A stretch of DNA of 64,000 nucleotides from Phycisphaerae bacterium (GCA_963666925.2 CAXXTC010000007.1:96001-160000), one strand, 5' to 3'; counted from the stretch's first letter, positions 1 through 10,241 are shown. The notes: a model not told the origin generated them from the letters alone. A program made the numbers and translations.

Positions 1-953
1 TGCATCGTCAGCGCCCCGTTGCTGTCGCATTCGGTCGCACAAATCAGCGGCGTCTTCTCCCCCTCCCAATCAGCGACATCATTCAGCAGCGCTTCGGCCA
101 CATCCGGGATGCACAGGTCCGGCCATTCGGTCAGGTCGAGTTGGCCGCTCAGACCACAGAAGTCGATCCCCTCCAGCTTGCAGAAATCCTTCATAGCCAG
201 GTACAGCCGCACCTGGCGAGCCAGCGTCCCGTCCGGCCCCGGCGTCAGCTTCTTCTTATCCCAGTGGATTTCGCCGGCATATTTCTCCAGCCACTTCAAA
301 CCCGCCTCGACGCGTTCGTTCGCGATCCTGCGAGCCAGCTCCCACAGGTGCAGTTGCCCGCGGTGATACACGTGCACGCCGAACTGCTCCATCCACTGCG
401 ACGGATCGACATGCCCGGTGTACATGCCCATCGACGGCCCGTCGAATTCGCCGTAGCGCTGGCCATATAGCCGAGCGGCGGCACGTTCGCCGCGTGCCCG
501 CTGATCAGGATCGTGCAGGTGCAGAAATTGTTCGACCTCTTTCTGGACGCTGGCCTTGCGGATATCGCCCAGCACCCGTCCGAATGGCCGGCCGATCTCG
601 TCCAGCGTGCCGGCCGACGCGAAGAACGCGACCCAGCCGGGCTGAGCCGGCACGATGTTCCCGATCTGGAGGATGGGGACCTCGGGGATCAGGTTGGCGA
701 CCTGGGCGGTCAGATCGGGAAACGACCAGACGCAGAAGTTGAACACGACCACGTCGGGATAGGCCAGCGCGATCCGCTGGGCCTCCTTGCGGGCGGTTTC
801 GTAGTTCCAGACGATTTTTCGGGCCGCGACGACGTCGTGCTTGCGGCGTTTGAAATAGCTCGCCAGCCGCTCCTGGAACATCCGGCAATCCTGCTCGGTG
901 GCCTTGGCCACGCGGGCCCGTCCGTCGGTGAAAGTGACGATCCCGATCTTCAT
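1..953 (-). CDS. L-fucose/D-arabinose isomerase family protein (runs off window start)
   Basis: Not in the ORF track. Manual translation from the ATG at 953: MKIGIVTFTDGR...VVVFNFCVWSFP...GEFDGPSMGMYTG...GQLDLTE...ICATECDSNGALTM, resembling FucI-family motifs. AGGA RBS upstream. Confidence 0.75.
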   Translation of the reverse strand, partial: MKIGIVTFTDGRARVAKATEQDCRMFQERLASYFKRRKHDVVAARKIVWNYETARKEAQRIALAYPDVVVFNFCVWSFPDLTAQVANLIPEVPILQIGNIVPAQPGWVAFFASAGTLDEIGRPFGRVLGDIRKASVQKEVEQFLHLHDPDQRARGERAAARLYGQRYGEFDGPSMGMYTGHVDPSQWMEQFGVHVYHRGQLHLWELARRIANERVEAGLKWLEKYAGEIHWDKKKLTPGPDGTLARQVRLYLAMKDFCKLEGIDFCGLSGQLDLTEWPDLCIPDVAEALLNDVADWEGEKTPLICATECDSNGALTM

Positions 954-1177
954 CTGACGCTCCTGGCCGAGGGGCGCGAAGTATGTCAATCGTGCTGCGA
1001 CCGCGCCTGTCGCTGGTCGTATTAGGGCTCACACCGGTCGGTTTCGCAAGCATGGCGGGCTCGGAGTATGCCCCGCGGTGGTGGCTCGCCTGCCAAAAAC
1101 CCGGTTGAGCTTGTCGCCCGGTGTTCTACAATCGGCATTTGTTGATTCGGGGTTGGGCATAGCGAGGAGAGCCGACG

Positions 1178-1981
1178 GTGGCAGCGCGCAAGAAACGTCC
1201 CGTGCTGTACGAGGTGGTCAACCGGAGCCGGCGCCGCCGGACGCGCCCGGCCAGCCGCCCCGTTGACCAGTCCCCGCCGGCAACGGTTGATGTGGCCGAG
1301 CCACTTTCGGACCCGCCTGACTCCGCCCCGGCCACTTCGGCCGAGCAGCCCGCCGACGCCGCGTTCATGCAGATCATCGATGGCCGCGTGTACCTCACGC
1401 TGGGGTGGTGGCATATCGTTGCCGCCGGCGCGATTCTGATTGCCGTCGGCGTCGGTCTGTTCCAGGCCGGCCTGCGCAGCGCCACGCCGCCGACGTCCGA
1501 TACTGCGGAGGAAGCCTTCCTCGACGAGGGCTACGAAGCCACCCCGGCTGCTGCCGATTCAACTGCGGTCGTGGATCCTAATCAGCGGGCCGGCTCCGGC
1601 GCGATCGTCACGCCCACGCCCCAGCCCCCGGCCCGATCAGCCGAGCCAGTCCGGCCGGCGCTACGCGCCGACACGCACGCGGACACATCCGCACTCCCCT
1701 CGATCGATTCGCTCGCCGGCGGCGATTACCGCGTCGTCATCCAGTATTTCCGCTCGCGCGATCTCGACGTAGCCCGCAAGGCCCGCAATTTCCTCCGCAG
1801 CAACGGCGTATCCTGCGAGGTGTTTGCCGGCCATGGCGACTACATGCTCATCGCCAATGACACGTTTGCCAGCGACTCGGCCGCCCGCGGCCTCGTGCGA
1901 CGCATCCGCGAGTTGGGCGATGAGTATCTCCGTGGCGGCGGCGGCTACGACTTCGGCGGCGCTGAGCCCCGCCGCTTCTAG
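1178..1981 (+). CDS. Membrane-anchored protein with Pro/Ala linkers and C-terminal SPOR-like domain
   Basis: One TM segment (WWHIVAAGAILIAVGVGLF), a low-complexity linker, and a C-terminal YRVVIQYFRSRDLDVARKARNFL pattern. Confidence 0.55.
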   Translation: MAARKKRPVLYEVVNRSRRRRTRPASRPVDQSPPATVDVAEPLSDPPDSAPATSAEQPADAAFMQIIDGRVYLTLGWWHIVAAGAILIAVGVGLFQAGLRSATPPTSDTAEEAFLDEGYEATPAAADSTAVVDPNQRAGSGAIVTPTPQPPARSAEPVRPALRADTHADTSALPSIDSLAGGDYRVVIQYFRSRDLDVARKARNFLRSNGVSCEVFAGHGDYMLIANDTFASDSAARGLVRRIRELGDEYLRGGGGYDFGGAEPRRF

Positions 1982-2010
1982 CGTAGTTTCTCATGCGGTC
2001 AGCATATGAG

Positions 2011-2113
2011 AGGTGGGGCGGGCGTCTCGCCCGCCGTTTTCATGCGGCAATCGAAGCATGGCGGGCGGGATGCCCGCTCCACTTGTGATGTGGGATCGAT
2101 GAGAAGGTACACT
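2011..2113. repeat. REP doublet (REPIN-like) element, family A
   Basis: GTGGGGCGGGCGTCTCGCCCGCC (2013-2035) plus an inverted degenerate copy (2060-2082). About 100 bp is closely similar to 61656-61758. Confidence 0.85.
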
Positions 2114-2155
2114 TATTGACGTTTCAAACGTACTCCGGGCCGAGGGTCACACACC

Positions 2156-2464
2156 ATGGACCGCCTCGAACAATTGCGTAAGCTCGCCGCCGCCCAGCCG
2201 GACGATCCGCTCGCCCATTATGGCGTGGGCCTCGAATGTGCCGAGCGCGAGCTGTGGGAGGACGCGCTTCAGGCTTTCGCCCGGACGCTCGCCTGTGACA
2301 GCGAGTATTCCGCCGCGTTTTTGCAGCAGGCTCGCGCCGAGCTCAAGCTCGGCCGGCGTGACGCCGCCCGCTGCACAGTCGAAGCCGGCCTGTCGATCGC
2401 CACACGTCGCGGCGAAAGCCACACCGCCGACAAGCTGCGTGAATTGCTGGAGAGTCTCGCATGA
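2156..2464 (+). CDS. Small tetratricopeptide-repeat protein
   Basis: PDDPLAHYGVGLE...ALQAFARTLACDSEYSAAF TPR pattern. ATGA overlap with dapB. Confidence 0.8.
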   Translation: MDRLEQLRKLAAAQPDDPLAHYGVGLECAERELWEDALQAFARTLACDSEYSAAFLQQARAELKLGRRDAARCTVEAGLSIATRRGESHTADKLRELLESLA

Positions 2465-3258
2465 CGCCGTTGCGCGTTGCCATCGTGGGTTGTACCGGGC
2501 GCATGGGGCGCGCTGTGTTACGGCTGGGCCAGGCCGCCGACGATATCCAGATCGTTTCCGCCGTCACGCAGCCGGGCGATCCGCTGCTCGGCCGCGATGC
2601 CGGCACCGTCGCCGGCCTGGAGCCGCTGAATCTGCCCATCACTGACCAGCTCGCGACCGGGTGCGACGTCATCATCGAGTTCACGCTACCCGCCGGCTGC
2701 GTCGCCTGTTGCGAATGGGCCGCCGGCCACGGCGTTCCGCTCGTCAGCGGAACCACCGGCCTGACCGAGCCTCAAGTACAGCAGCTCCGCTTCACCGCCG
2801 AGCGCATCCCGCTCGTCTGGGCACCCAACATGAGCGTCGGCATTAACCTCCTGCTTGGCCTGGTCAAGCAATTGGCTCATCGGCTCGACGATTCCTGGGA
2901 CATCGAGATCTGCGAGACACATCATCGCCGCAAGATCGACGCCCCCAGCGGCACCGCCCTCGCGCTGCTACGTGCCGTTGCTGATACCCGCCAGGTGAGC
3001 CCCGATGACGTCGCCCGTTTCGGTCGCCAGGGCGAGTGCGGTGCCCGCCCACCCGGAGAGGTCGGCGTACACGCGGTCCGTCTCGGCGCGCTTATCGGCG
3101 AGCACGAGGTCCATTTCGCATCTGAGACCGAACAGCTCACGCTGTGCCACCGCGCCCTCTCACGCGATACCTTCGCCGACGGCGCACTGCGTGCCGCCCG
3201 CTGGATTCGCGGCCGCGATCCAGGGCTATATGACATGCAGGCAGTGCTGTTCGGCTGA
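2461..3258 (+). CDS. dapB: 4-hydroxy-tetrahydrodipicolinate reductase
   Basis: GCTGRMG NAD-binding motif, SGTTG, APNMSVG, ETHHRRKIDAPSGTA. Confidence 0.97.
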   Translation: MTPLRVAIVGCTGRMGRAVLRLGQAADDIQIVSAVTQPGDPLLGRDAGTVAGLEPLNLPITDQLATGCDVIIEFTLPAGCVACCEWAAGHGVPLVSGTTGLTEPQVQQLRFTAERIPLVWAPNMSVGINLLLGLVKQLAHRLDDSWDIEICETHHRRKIDAPSGTALALLRAVADTRQVSPDDVARFGRQGECGARPPGEVGVHAVRLGALIGEHEVHFASETEQLTLCHRALSRDTFADGALRAARWIRGRDPGLYDMQAVLFG

Positions 3259-3598
3259 CCTGTTGCACCGCTGTCTTGCCGCCGCTTATCGGTCGGTCGG
3301 TCGCCGACAGACCCCCACCCAGTTTCATCCATCAACTTGACAGAGCCCAGAATTCGCCCGCATGGGCGGCGGCTCGTGGCTGATTCTCGGCAGCGTCCGA
3401 TCGCGCTGGAACCCGTTCCGCCCCTTCCTGACCGCTGGTTAATCCGTGGGTCCGCCGGTCCGAAGTAACCAGCGGATCGGTTCGTCGCCCAGTTGCCCGC
3501 GGGGTCGCATGCTCTCATCAGCGGCCCGCGTAGCGGAGCGACCTCGTGGACAGGGCCGGCGTATGCTGGGCCTGTCCCGGCTGAACAAAGGAGAGTTC

Positions 3599-3901
3599 AT
3601 GCAAACACGCTACGCAGAACGGCGTCAACATATCCGGGTTCCGGTTCGTGGGCCGGTACGCTGGCGCTCGGGCGCCGACGCGGGCGCCTGCGAGCTGCGC
3701 GACATCTCACCTTGCGGCGCCGGCCTGCGCATGTCCCCCCGCTGCGCCGCGTGCCTGAACGACACGCTGACGCTCGAAGTGGACCTCACGCCGACCAGAA
3801 CCTGGCAGTTGGCACGTAATGCACGCGTGGTGCGACAAGTCCTTGAGGACGACGGCACCATCCTCGTCGGCGTCGAGTTCGCAGAGCCGCTACCACGCTG
3901 A
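3599..3901 (+). CDS. Stand-alone PilZ-domain (c-di-GMP receptor) protein
   Basis: ERRQHIR (RxxxR) and DISPCG (DxSxxG) motifs, ending VGVEF. AAAGGAGAG RBS before the ATG at 3599. Confidence 0.88.
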   Translation: MQTRYAERRQHIRVPVRGPVRWRSGADAGACELRDISPCGAGLRMSPRCAACLNDTLTLEVDLTPTRTWQLARNARVVRQVLEDDGTILVGVEFAEPLPR

Positions 3902-4058
3902 CACACCTATCCCGACCAGAGTACATCCACGCTTGTAATGCAATCGCAAACTCAATAGTGATCGCTTTGTTCGTACGCCGACACACTTCCGGATGTCTAC
4001 ATCCTGTTGAACCGTGCGGCAGACGCCTACATCTGCGGATCAATCGTCCACCAGCTAA

Positions 4059-4128
4059 GTGGGGCGGGCGTCTCGCCCGCCAAACACGTTGAACGCGGGT
4101 GGCAAGTCGGCCGAGACGGCCGACCAAC
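4059..4128. repeat. REP family A copy with degenerate inverted partner
   Basis: GTGGGGCGGGCGTCTCGCCCGCC at 4059-4081, followed by GTCGGCCGAGACGGCCGACCAAC. Confidence 0.75.
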
Positions 4129-4318
4129 TTCGGTCGGGGCGCTGATTGTGTTAACTCGTCCAATCGCGTTTGGTTCTGCCCGCGGGCCCGCTACAATATT
4201 GAATTACAATGGTTTGGGCTGTGTCGGCTGACTGTCTGCGCTGCCCGTTTCCATAGACCCCGAGCCCATTGATCTGTCGCCTGGCGGCAGGAGCTGAACA
4301 AACAGCAAGGAGACTGTT

Positions 4319-5242
4319 ATGCATTTGCGCTATGCGCTGATTGGTTTGTCCGCAGTGAGTCTGCTTTGTGCCGGGATTGCCCAAGCTGATGATGATGCCG
4401 CCGCGCGCACTTATGCCGACGGCCGCACGCTGCTGGCCAACGGCGACTTCGCGGGCGCGCTCGACGCCTTCAAGGCCGCCGCCAAGGCCGATCCGAAAAA
4501 CGTTGAGTACTTCCAGGAGAGCGCGCTGCTCAGCCGCGTCATCAAGGTGCGCGAACAGTTCACCAAGGAAGAAAACCCGGAAGTCTGGCAGAAGATGGGC
4601 GCGGCCCTGTTCAACTATTACAAACAGTACAACGTCAAGAACGAAGCGCTGACGATGGCCGAGACGCTGCACAAGAAGCTGAACTCGCCGGATTCGGCCA
4701 CGCGTGTTGCCGATGCGCTCCTCGATCTCGACCGCGATCAGGACGCCAGCGATCTGTTGGCCAGGACGACCGGCGATCTGCCGGCGCGTGGCGTCGCGCT
4801 TCAGGGCATCGCCGCCGCCCGGCTCGAGCAGACGGAGGCCGCCCAGGATTGTGCCGGTCGGCTCCAGATTCCCGCCAAGGATGCTGACCCGGATCTGTGC
4901 TTCGATGCCGCCCGGCTGTACACGTTGCTGAACAAGCAGGACCAGGCGCTGAAGGCGCTGCAAACCTGCTTCGAGATGACGCCCGAACGCTTCCTCGACG
5001 TGATCAAAACCGACGCCAAGGACAACGAGGACCTCAAACCGCTCGCCAGCAACGCCGGCTTCGCCAAGGTCATGGAAACCAAGTCCAAGATCCAGGGCTG
5101 TGGCCACTGTAGCAGCAAGTCCGGCTGCGGCGGCTGCTCCTCCAAGAGCAAGTCAAGTTGCAGCGATAAGTCCAAGAAGGAAGACTGCTCCGACCACAAG
5201 CACAGCGACGACAACGAACATACCGGCGATCACAAGCACTAG
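4319..5242 (+). CDS. Secreted TPR protein with Cys/His-rich C-terminal tail
   Basis: Signal peptide (AQA-DD), TPR helices, tail GCGHCSSKSGCGGC...DHKH. AAGGAG RBS. Confidence 0.8.
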   Translation: MHLRYALIGLSAVSLLCAGIAQADDDAAARTYADGRTLLANGDFAGALDAFKAAAKADPKNVEYFQESALLSRVIKVREQFTKEENPEVWQKMGAALFNYYKQYNVKNEALTMAETLHKKLNSPDSATRVADALLDLDRDQDASDLLARTTGDLPARGVALQGIAAARLEQTEAAQDCAGRLQIPAKDADPDLCFDAARLYTLLNKQDQALKALQTCFEMTPERFLDVIKTDAKDNEDLKPLASNAGFAKVMETKSKIQGCGHCSSKSGCGGCSSKSKSSCSDKSKKEDCSDHKHSDDNEHTGDHKH

Positions 5243-5362
5243 AGCAAGCTCTACTTACTTGTAGCGGCCTCCCTGCCGTATTCTCCAGGACACTTAGAGT
5301 TTAGACGCTACGAGTTCGTTGAAAGTACTCTAGACCGCCGACCACAAAACATCGATTCCCAT

Positions 5363-5505
5363 GTGGCACGGGCAGGTTCGCCAAGGGCGGGCCTGCCCGT
5401 GTTGCTACGCAGCCCAGGATGGGGAAATTGAAGTGTGGCACAGGCTTAATAGCCTGTGGCCGAGGTGCCACCGCTTCGAAAGCAGCGTCCAGAGCCTTTG
5501 TGCCA
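5363..5505. repeat. Cluster of REP-like palindromes; the last one is split by the IS
   Basis: GTGGCACGGGCAGG...CCTGCCCGTG (5363-5401), GTGGCACAGGCTTAATAGCCTGTG (5435-5458), GTGCCACCGCTTCGAAAGCAGC (5465-5486), and a TGTGCCA half-site (5499-5505). Confidence 0.8.
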
Positions 5506-5519
5506 TCTATGAGCGAGCC

Positions 5520-5774
5520 AAAGTCAAGCGGGTTTTCGACGGGGTCTTTCCAACCATCTATTCGGCGTCGTCGCAGGGACACGCCACTCAACGATTTCGG
5601 GGGCGGCCTCAGTCACTGCTACGATGGTAACGCGCCGGTTCCAACTGGCCCCCGCCGGTTGACGCCTCATGGCACATCCGCGAGGTCCGCCCGATTCGAC
5701 CCGCTCGAAGTTTCGTCCCGCCCATAGCGGTACACTCACCTCCTGGTGCTCTCCGGAGGGGAAAGAACGGACTC
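5520..5774 (-). ncRNA. Putative bridge RNA / seekRNA in the 3' non-coding region of the IS
   Basis: Stem 5602-5610/5682-5691 encloses target-matching segments at 5670-5676 and 5614-5620. A donor-junction match CATCTAT is at 5555-5561. Boundaries are approximate. Confidence 0.75.
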
Positions 5775-6818
5775 CTATGCTACGCTCGGCGTCGGTTCCG
5801 TGACCACCTCCGCTTCACGCCACACTTCTCCGCTGCGCAGCATTGCCGCCGACACGCACGCCAGGTGCCGGGCTAACGCCACCAGCGCAATCTTGTTCCG
5901 CTCCGGATCACCACGCTGCACATGTTCGTAAACCGCCCGCAGCAGCGGACTGCGTCCCTTGCCCTGCCAAGCTGCCTCGCACAGCAATTGCCGCACGACA
6001 CTGGGACCTTCCCGGGTGATATGCCCAAGCCGATTCGTCTGCCCACTCTGGTCCTGGCACGGCACCAGCCCGAAGTAGCAGCCCACCTGCCGATTGCTCC
6101 GAAAACGCCGGACATCGTCGATCCACGCCACCAGCGCCTCGGCCGTACGCTTCCCAACGCCCGGGATGGTCTGTAACAAACGCACCCTGGGATGCTCACG
6201 GGCCATGCTCTCCAACCACCGCTCCACCGTACGCAGCCGCGCGTCCAGATGCTCCAACTCGTCCAGGCCCAGATCCCGTTCGAGCGCCGTCGTACGCGTT
6301 GGAAACTCCACCTCCGCCAGCCAGACGCGGCCGGCCCGGCTCCACAAACTGGCGCGGCGTGGTGCCGCCACGCCGTGCGCCCGCAACAGGGCCCGCAGCC
6401 GGTTCTTCACCGCCGTCCGCTGGGCCACCAGCCGCCTCCGGAACTGAATCAGCCGCCGCCAACTGCGGACGTCCACGGGCGGCACATGCACCGGCGGCAC
6501 CTGGTCCAGGAATAGCAAGGTAGCCAGCTTCCGGGCGTCGACCCGATCGTGCTTACGTTTGGCCCGGAAGATCAGTCGCACTGCCCCCGGATGAGCCACG
6601 ACGATCCGCTGCGCCACCTGCTGCAGTTGTTCGTAGACGTAACCGTAGCCGCACGACGCCTCGTAGCAGATCTGGAAGGGCGGCGACACACTACGCAGTT
6701 GTTTCACCAGTTCCTTGACTCCGCCCCGAATCTGCTGTTGCTTGACGAGTTTCCCGGCTGAATCCAAAATGCAGATGGTCGACTGACGCTGATGTAGATC
6801 TAGTCCAATCGTGTACAT
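5775..6818 (-). CDS. IS110-family DEDD transposase/recombinase
   Basis: MYTIGLDLH, CYEAS and KHDRVDA (DEDD), IPGVGKRTA, GLVPCQDQSG (catalytic Ser). AAGGAGG RBS. Confidence 0.96.
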   Translation of the reverse strand: MYTIGLDLHQRQSTICILDSAGKLVKQQQIRGGVKELVKQLRSVSPPFQICYEASCGYGYVYEQLQQVAQRIVVAHPGAVRLIFRAKRKHDRVDARKLATLLFLDQVPPVHVPPVDVRSWRRLIQFRRRLVAQRTAVKNRLRALLRAHGVAAPRRASLWSRAGRVWLAEVEFPTRTTALERDLGLDELEHLDARLRTVERWLESMAREHPRVRLLQTIPGVGKRTAEALVAWIDDVRRFRSNRQVGCYFGLVPCQDQSGQTNRLGHITREGPSVVRQLLCEAAWQGKGRSPLLRAVYEHVQRGDPERNKIALVALARHLACVSAAMLRSGEVWREAEVVTEPTPSVA

Positions 6819-6927
6819 GCGGGCCTCCTTTCTTTGAAGTTCCAACGGGGTCATACCCCGAAGGAGGCTCGCTTCATAGTTTCACTGCTCTTGAGCAGTG
6901 CATCCCGCAGTGGTGCTGCGGCGTTTA

Positions 6928-9601
6928 TCAGCCGCGCGGGCTGGAGGCCGCCGACTGCTCTTGCGCTGGTTCAGTCGGTGTGCCTTTTTCAAACGCGTAT
7001 CCATCGCCGCCGACGTCCACCTTTACGTGATCACCCGGGCCGAACTCGCCCGCCAGGATGCGTCGCGCTAGCGGGTTTTCGACCTGTTGCTGGATCAGCC
7101 GCTTCAGCGGACGGGCACCGTACAGCGGATCGTACCCGTCCTGCGCGAGCTGGTTCTTGGCCGCGTCGCTCAGCGTTAGCGTCATCTCGCGCTCAACCAG
7201 CCGCTGCTTCAGCAGCGCCACCTGTCGTTCGACGATGCCGCGAAGTTGCTCGCGCGACAGCCGATGAAACACCACCACCTCGTCGATCCGGTTGATGAAC
7301 TCGGGCCGGAAGTGTTTTTTCAGCTCTTCCTTCACCCGGCTTTCTATTTCGACGTCGATCAGCAACGCGTCGCCATCCGCATCGGCGTGTTGCTCGGCCT
7401 CACCCAAGGCCTGGATCTGCTCGCTGCCGATGTTGCTGGTCATCGCGATGATGGTATTGCGGAAATCGACCGTTCGGCCGTGGCCGTCGGTCAGCCGGCC
7501 GTCATCGAGCACTTGCAGCAGCACGTTGAACACGTCGCGATGGGCCTTTTCGATTTCGTCCAGCAATATCACGCAATATGGCCGGCGATGCACCGCCTCG
7601 GTCAGCCGGCCACCCTCTTCATAACCGACGTATCCGGGCGGCGCGCCGATCAGCCGGGCCACGGAGTGCTGCTCCATGAACTCGCTCATGTCGATGCGTA
7701 CAAACGCGGCCTCGTCGTCGAACAGAAACTCCGCCAGCGCTTTGCACAGTTCGGTCTTGCCCACGCCGGTCGGACCCAGGAACAGAAACGAGCCAATCGG
7801 CCGGTGTGGATCGCCCAAACCAGCCCGGCTGCGGCGCACCGCGTCGGAGACGGCCTGCACCGCCTCGTCCTGGCCGACGACGCGCTCGTGCAGCCGCCGT
7901 TCCATCTCCACCAGCTTCTGTTTCTCACCCTCGAGCAGCCGTGAAACCGGCACGCCGGTCCATTTGCTGACCACCTGCGCGATCTCCTCGGCCGTCACTT
8001 CCTCATGCAACATGCCCCGGCCGGATTCATGCAGTTCGGTCAGCTCGCGCTCGCGTCGGCCCAACTCTTCCTCAAGCTGCGGCAGCTCGCCGTAACGCAT
8101 CCGCGCCGCCCCCTCCAAGTCGCCGCGCCGCTGCGCATCGTCGAGCTCAGTCTGCTTCGCGTCGATCCGCTCCTTCAACTCCTTGATCGTGTCGAGCGCC
8201 CGCCGCTCGTTCTCCCATTGCGCCGTCAGCGCGTCGTTCTGCTCCTTCAACTCGGCCAACGTCTTCTTCAGGCCCTCAAGCTGCTTGCGACTGGCCTCGT
8301 CCTTCTCTTTCTTCAGCGCCTCACGCTCGATTTCGAGCTGCATGATGCGCCGGCGCAATTCATCCAGCTCGGTCGGCAGTGAGTCGTTCTCGATCCGCAA
8401 GCGCGAGGCCGCTTCGTCGATCAGGTCGATCGCTTTGTCCGGCAAATGCCGATCGGTGATATATCGGCTCGACAACATCGCCGCCGCCACCAACGCCGCG
8501 TCCTGGATGCGCACGCCATGATGCGCGTCATACCGCGGCTTGAGCCCACGCAGGATCGCGATCGTGTCCTCGACCGTCGGCTCGCCGATGTAGATCGGCT
8601 GAAATCGGCGTTCGAGCGCTTTGTCCTTCTCGACGTGTTGGCGATATTCCTCCAGCGTGGTTGCGCCGATGCAGCGCAGCTCGCCGCGCGCCAGTGCCGG
8701 CTTCAGCAGATTGCCCGCGTCGACCGCACCTTCCGCCCGGCCTGCGCCGACCACCGTGTGCAGTTCGTCGATGAACAGGATCACCGCGCCGGCCGACTCG
8801 ACCACCGCGCGCACCACCGCCTTGAGCCGCTCTTCAAACTCGCCGCGATACTTCGCACCCGCAATCAGCGCCCCCATGTCGAGCGCGACGACCTTCTTGT
8901 CCTTCAGCGCCTGCGGCACGTCGCCGGCCAGGATGCGCTGCGCCAATCCCTCGACGACGGCCGTCTTGCCGACGCCCGCTTCGCCGATCAGCACCGGGTT
9001 GTTCTTCGTTCGCCGCGCGAGCACCTGCATACAGCGGCGAATCTCCTCGTCGCGCCCGATAACCGGGTCGAGCTTGCCCTGCCGGGCGGCCTCGACCAGG
9101 TCGCGGCCAAATCGTTTCAGCGGCTCGTACGTATCCTCCGAACTCTGCGACGTCACGCTCGCCCCGCCGCGGATTTCCTTGAGCGCCGCCAGTATGTCAT
9201 CACGGCTGATCGCGTTGAGCTTCAGCAGCTCGCGCGCGTCGCTCGGCACCTCGGTCAGCGCCAGCAGCAGATGCTCGCTGGACACGTACTGGTCCTTCAT
9301 CTGCTGCGCCTGTCTCTCGGCCGCGCTGAGGACCTCCGCTAAGCTGCGGTGTGCGCTGAGCGATCCGCCGCTCTGCTTGGGCAGTCGGCCCAGCTCGCTC
9401 TCGGTCATGGAGCGGATCTGCACAACGTTGGCACCGGTCTTCTCGAGAATCGGCACGACCACGCCGCCGCCGTCCCCCAGGGGCAAGCAGGGCCGCCAGC
9501 AGATGCAGCGGCGTGACTTCGGGGTTCCCCGCGTTCTGGGCATTCTGCTGGGCGCGTTGCAGCGCCTCGCCGGCCTTGATCGTGAATCTATCAGCATTCA
9601 T
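6928..9601 (-). CDS. clpB: ATP-dependent chaperone ClpB (one frameshift near 9475-9485, probably an error)
   Basis: N-terminus [14 protein letters not shown] in one frame joins the main ORF. Two Walker A motifs ([16 protein letters not shown]), coiled-coil M-domain, GARPLKR. Confidence 0.95.
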
Positions 9602-9939
9602 GCACATACTCCCTTCAGGTCGGGCCGATCGGTGGCCCTTCCGAAGGGACTACATGCACGCCGCGTTCCGGGCGGGCGATCGCCGTAACATTCGTATTTG
9701 CAGCTTGTTACGGCCGTCGGGCTGTACACGGGCCCTGCCACAATGGCACCCCCGACAGCCGGTTGGCTGGTGATTCCCGAGGCAGCAGGGGGGCTACATC
9801 AATCGGTTGGCGGTGCCGAAGGGCGCACACCAATATCCTTCGACTGACCATCCCGGGTGAGCCGGCGTCACTGTCTCGCGGGCCGGCGGGTGATCCGTGC
9901 GTCCCGTGAGCGAAGATGTGGGTGTCAGTCGGGGCGGGG

Positions 9940-10032
9940 CTAGCCGCCGTACGCCACGTGCAGGTTCCACCCCACGAGCGCGCCCACGAACAACGCCAGA
10001 AGATTGGCCGTGATCCATGCGAAGATCGCCAT
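9940..10032 (-). CDS. Putative 30-aa single-TM small protein
   Basis: MAIFAWITANLLALFVGALVGWNLHVAYGG, preceded by AAGGGAGAAACTC. Confidence 0.4.
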   Translation of the reverse strand: MAIFAWITANLLALFVGALVGWNLHVAYGG

Positions 10033-10241
10033 GAGTTTCTCCCTTGGCTGGTTGCCATGAACGAGTTGCGTGCCGATCCGGGATTTCGCGGACGGGCACG
10101 GCGTGAATTGTGGCCCGGGTCCACCCAACGTGGCCGGCGGCCACAGCACCTGCGGCGTATTGTCCCCCAGCCCGCCGCGGTATCAACCCCCATTTGCATT
10201 TCGGGGCAGAACATCTCGCTGGCCGCGCTACGCTTCGTCCG

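Larger units (their letters stand above)
5506..6882 (-). mobile_element. IS110-family (IS1111-type) insertion sequence, flanked by CA on both sides
   Basis: Sub-terminal IRs CTATGAGCGAGCC (5507-5519) and GGCTCGCTTCATAG (6866-6879). CA at 5504-5505 and 6883-6884. Removing the element restores the REP GTGCCACTGCTCTTGAGCAGTG. Confidence 0.92.

Noticed and set aside
9470..9490. clpB as a pseudogene or programmed frameshift
   Set aside because: A single indel beside C5/G4 runs in an otherwise intact gene, so a sequencing error is more likely.
9610..9800. CIRCE or other heat-shock operator upstream of clpB
   Set aside because: No TTAGCACTC-N9-GAGTGCTAA or other convincing motif was found.
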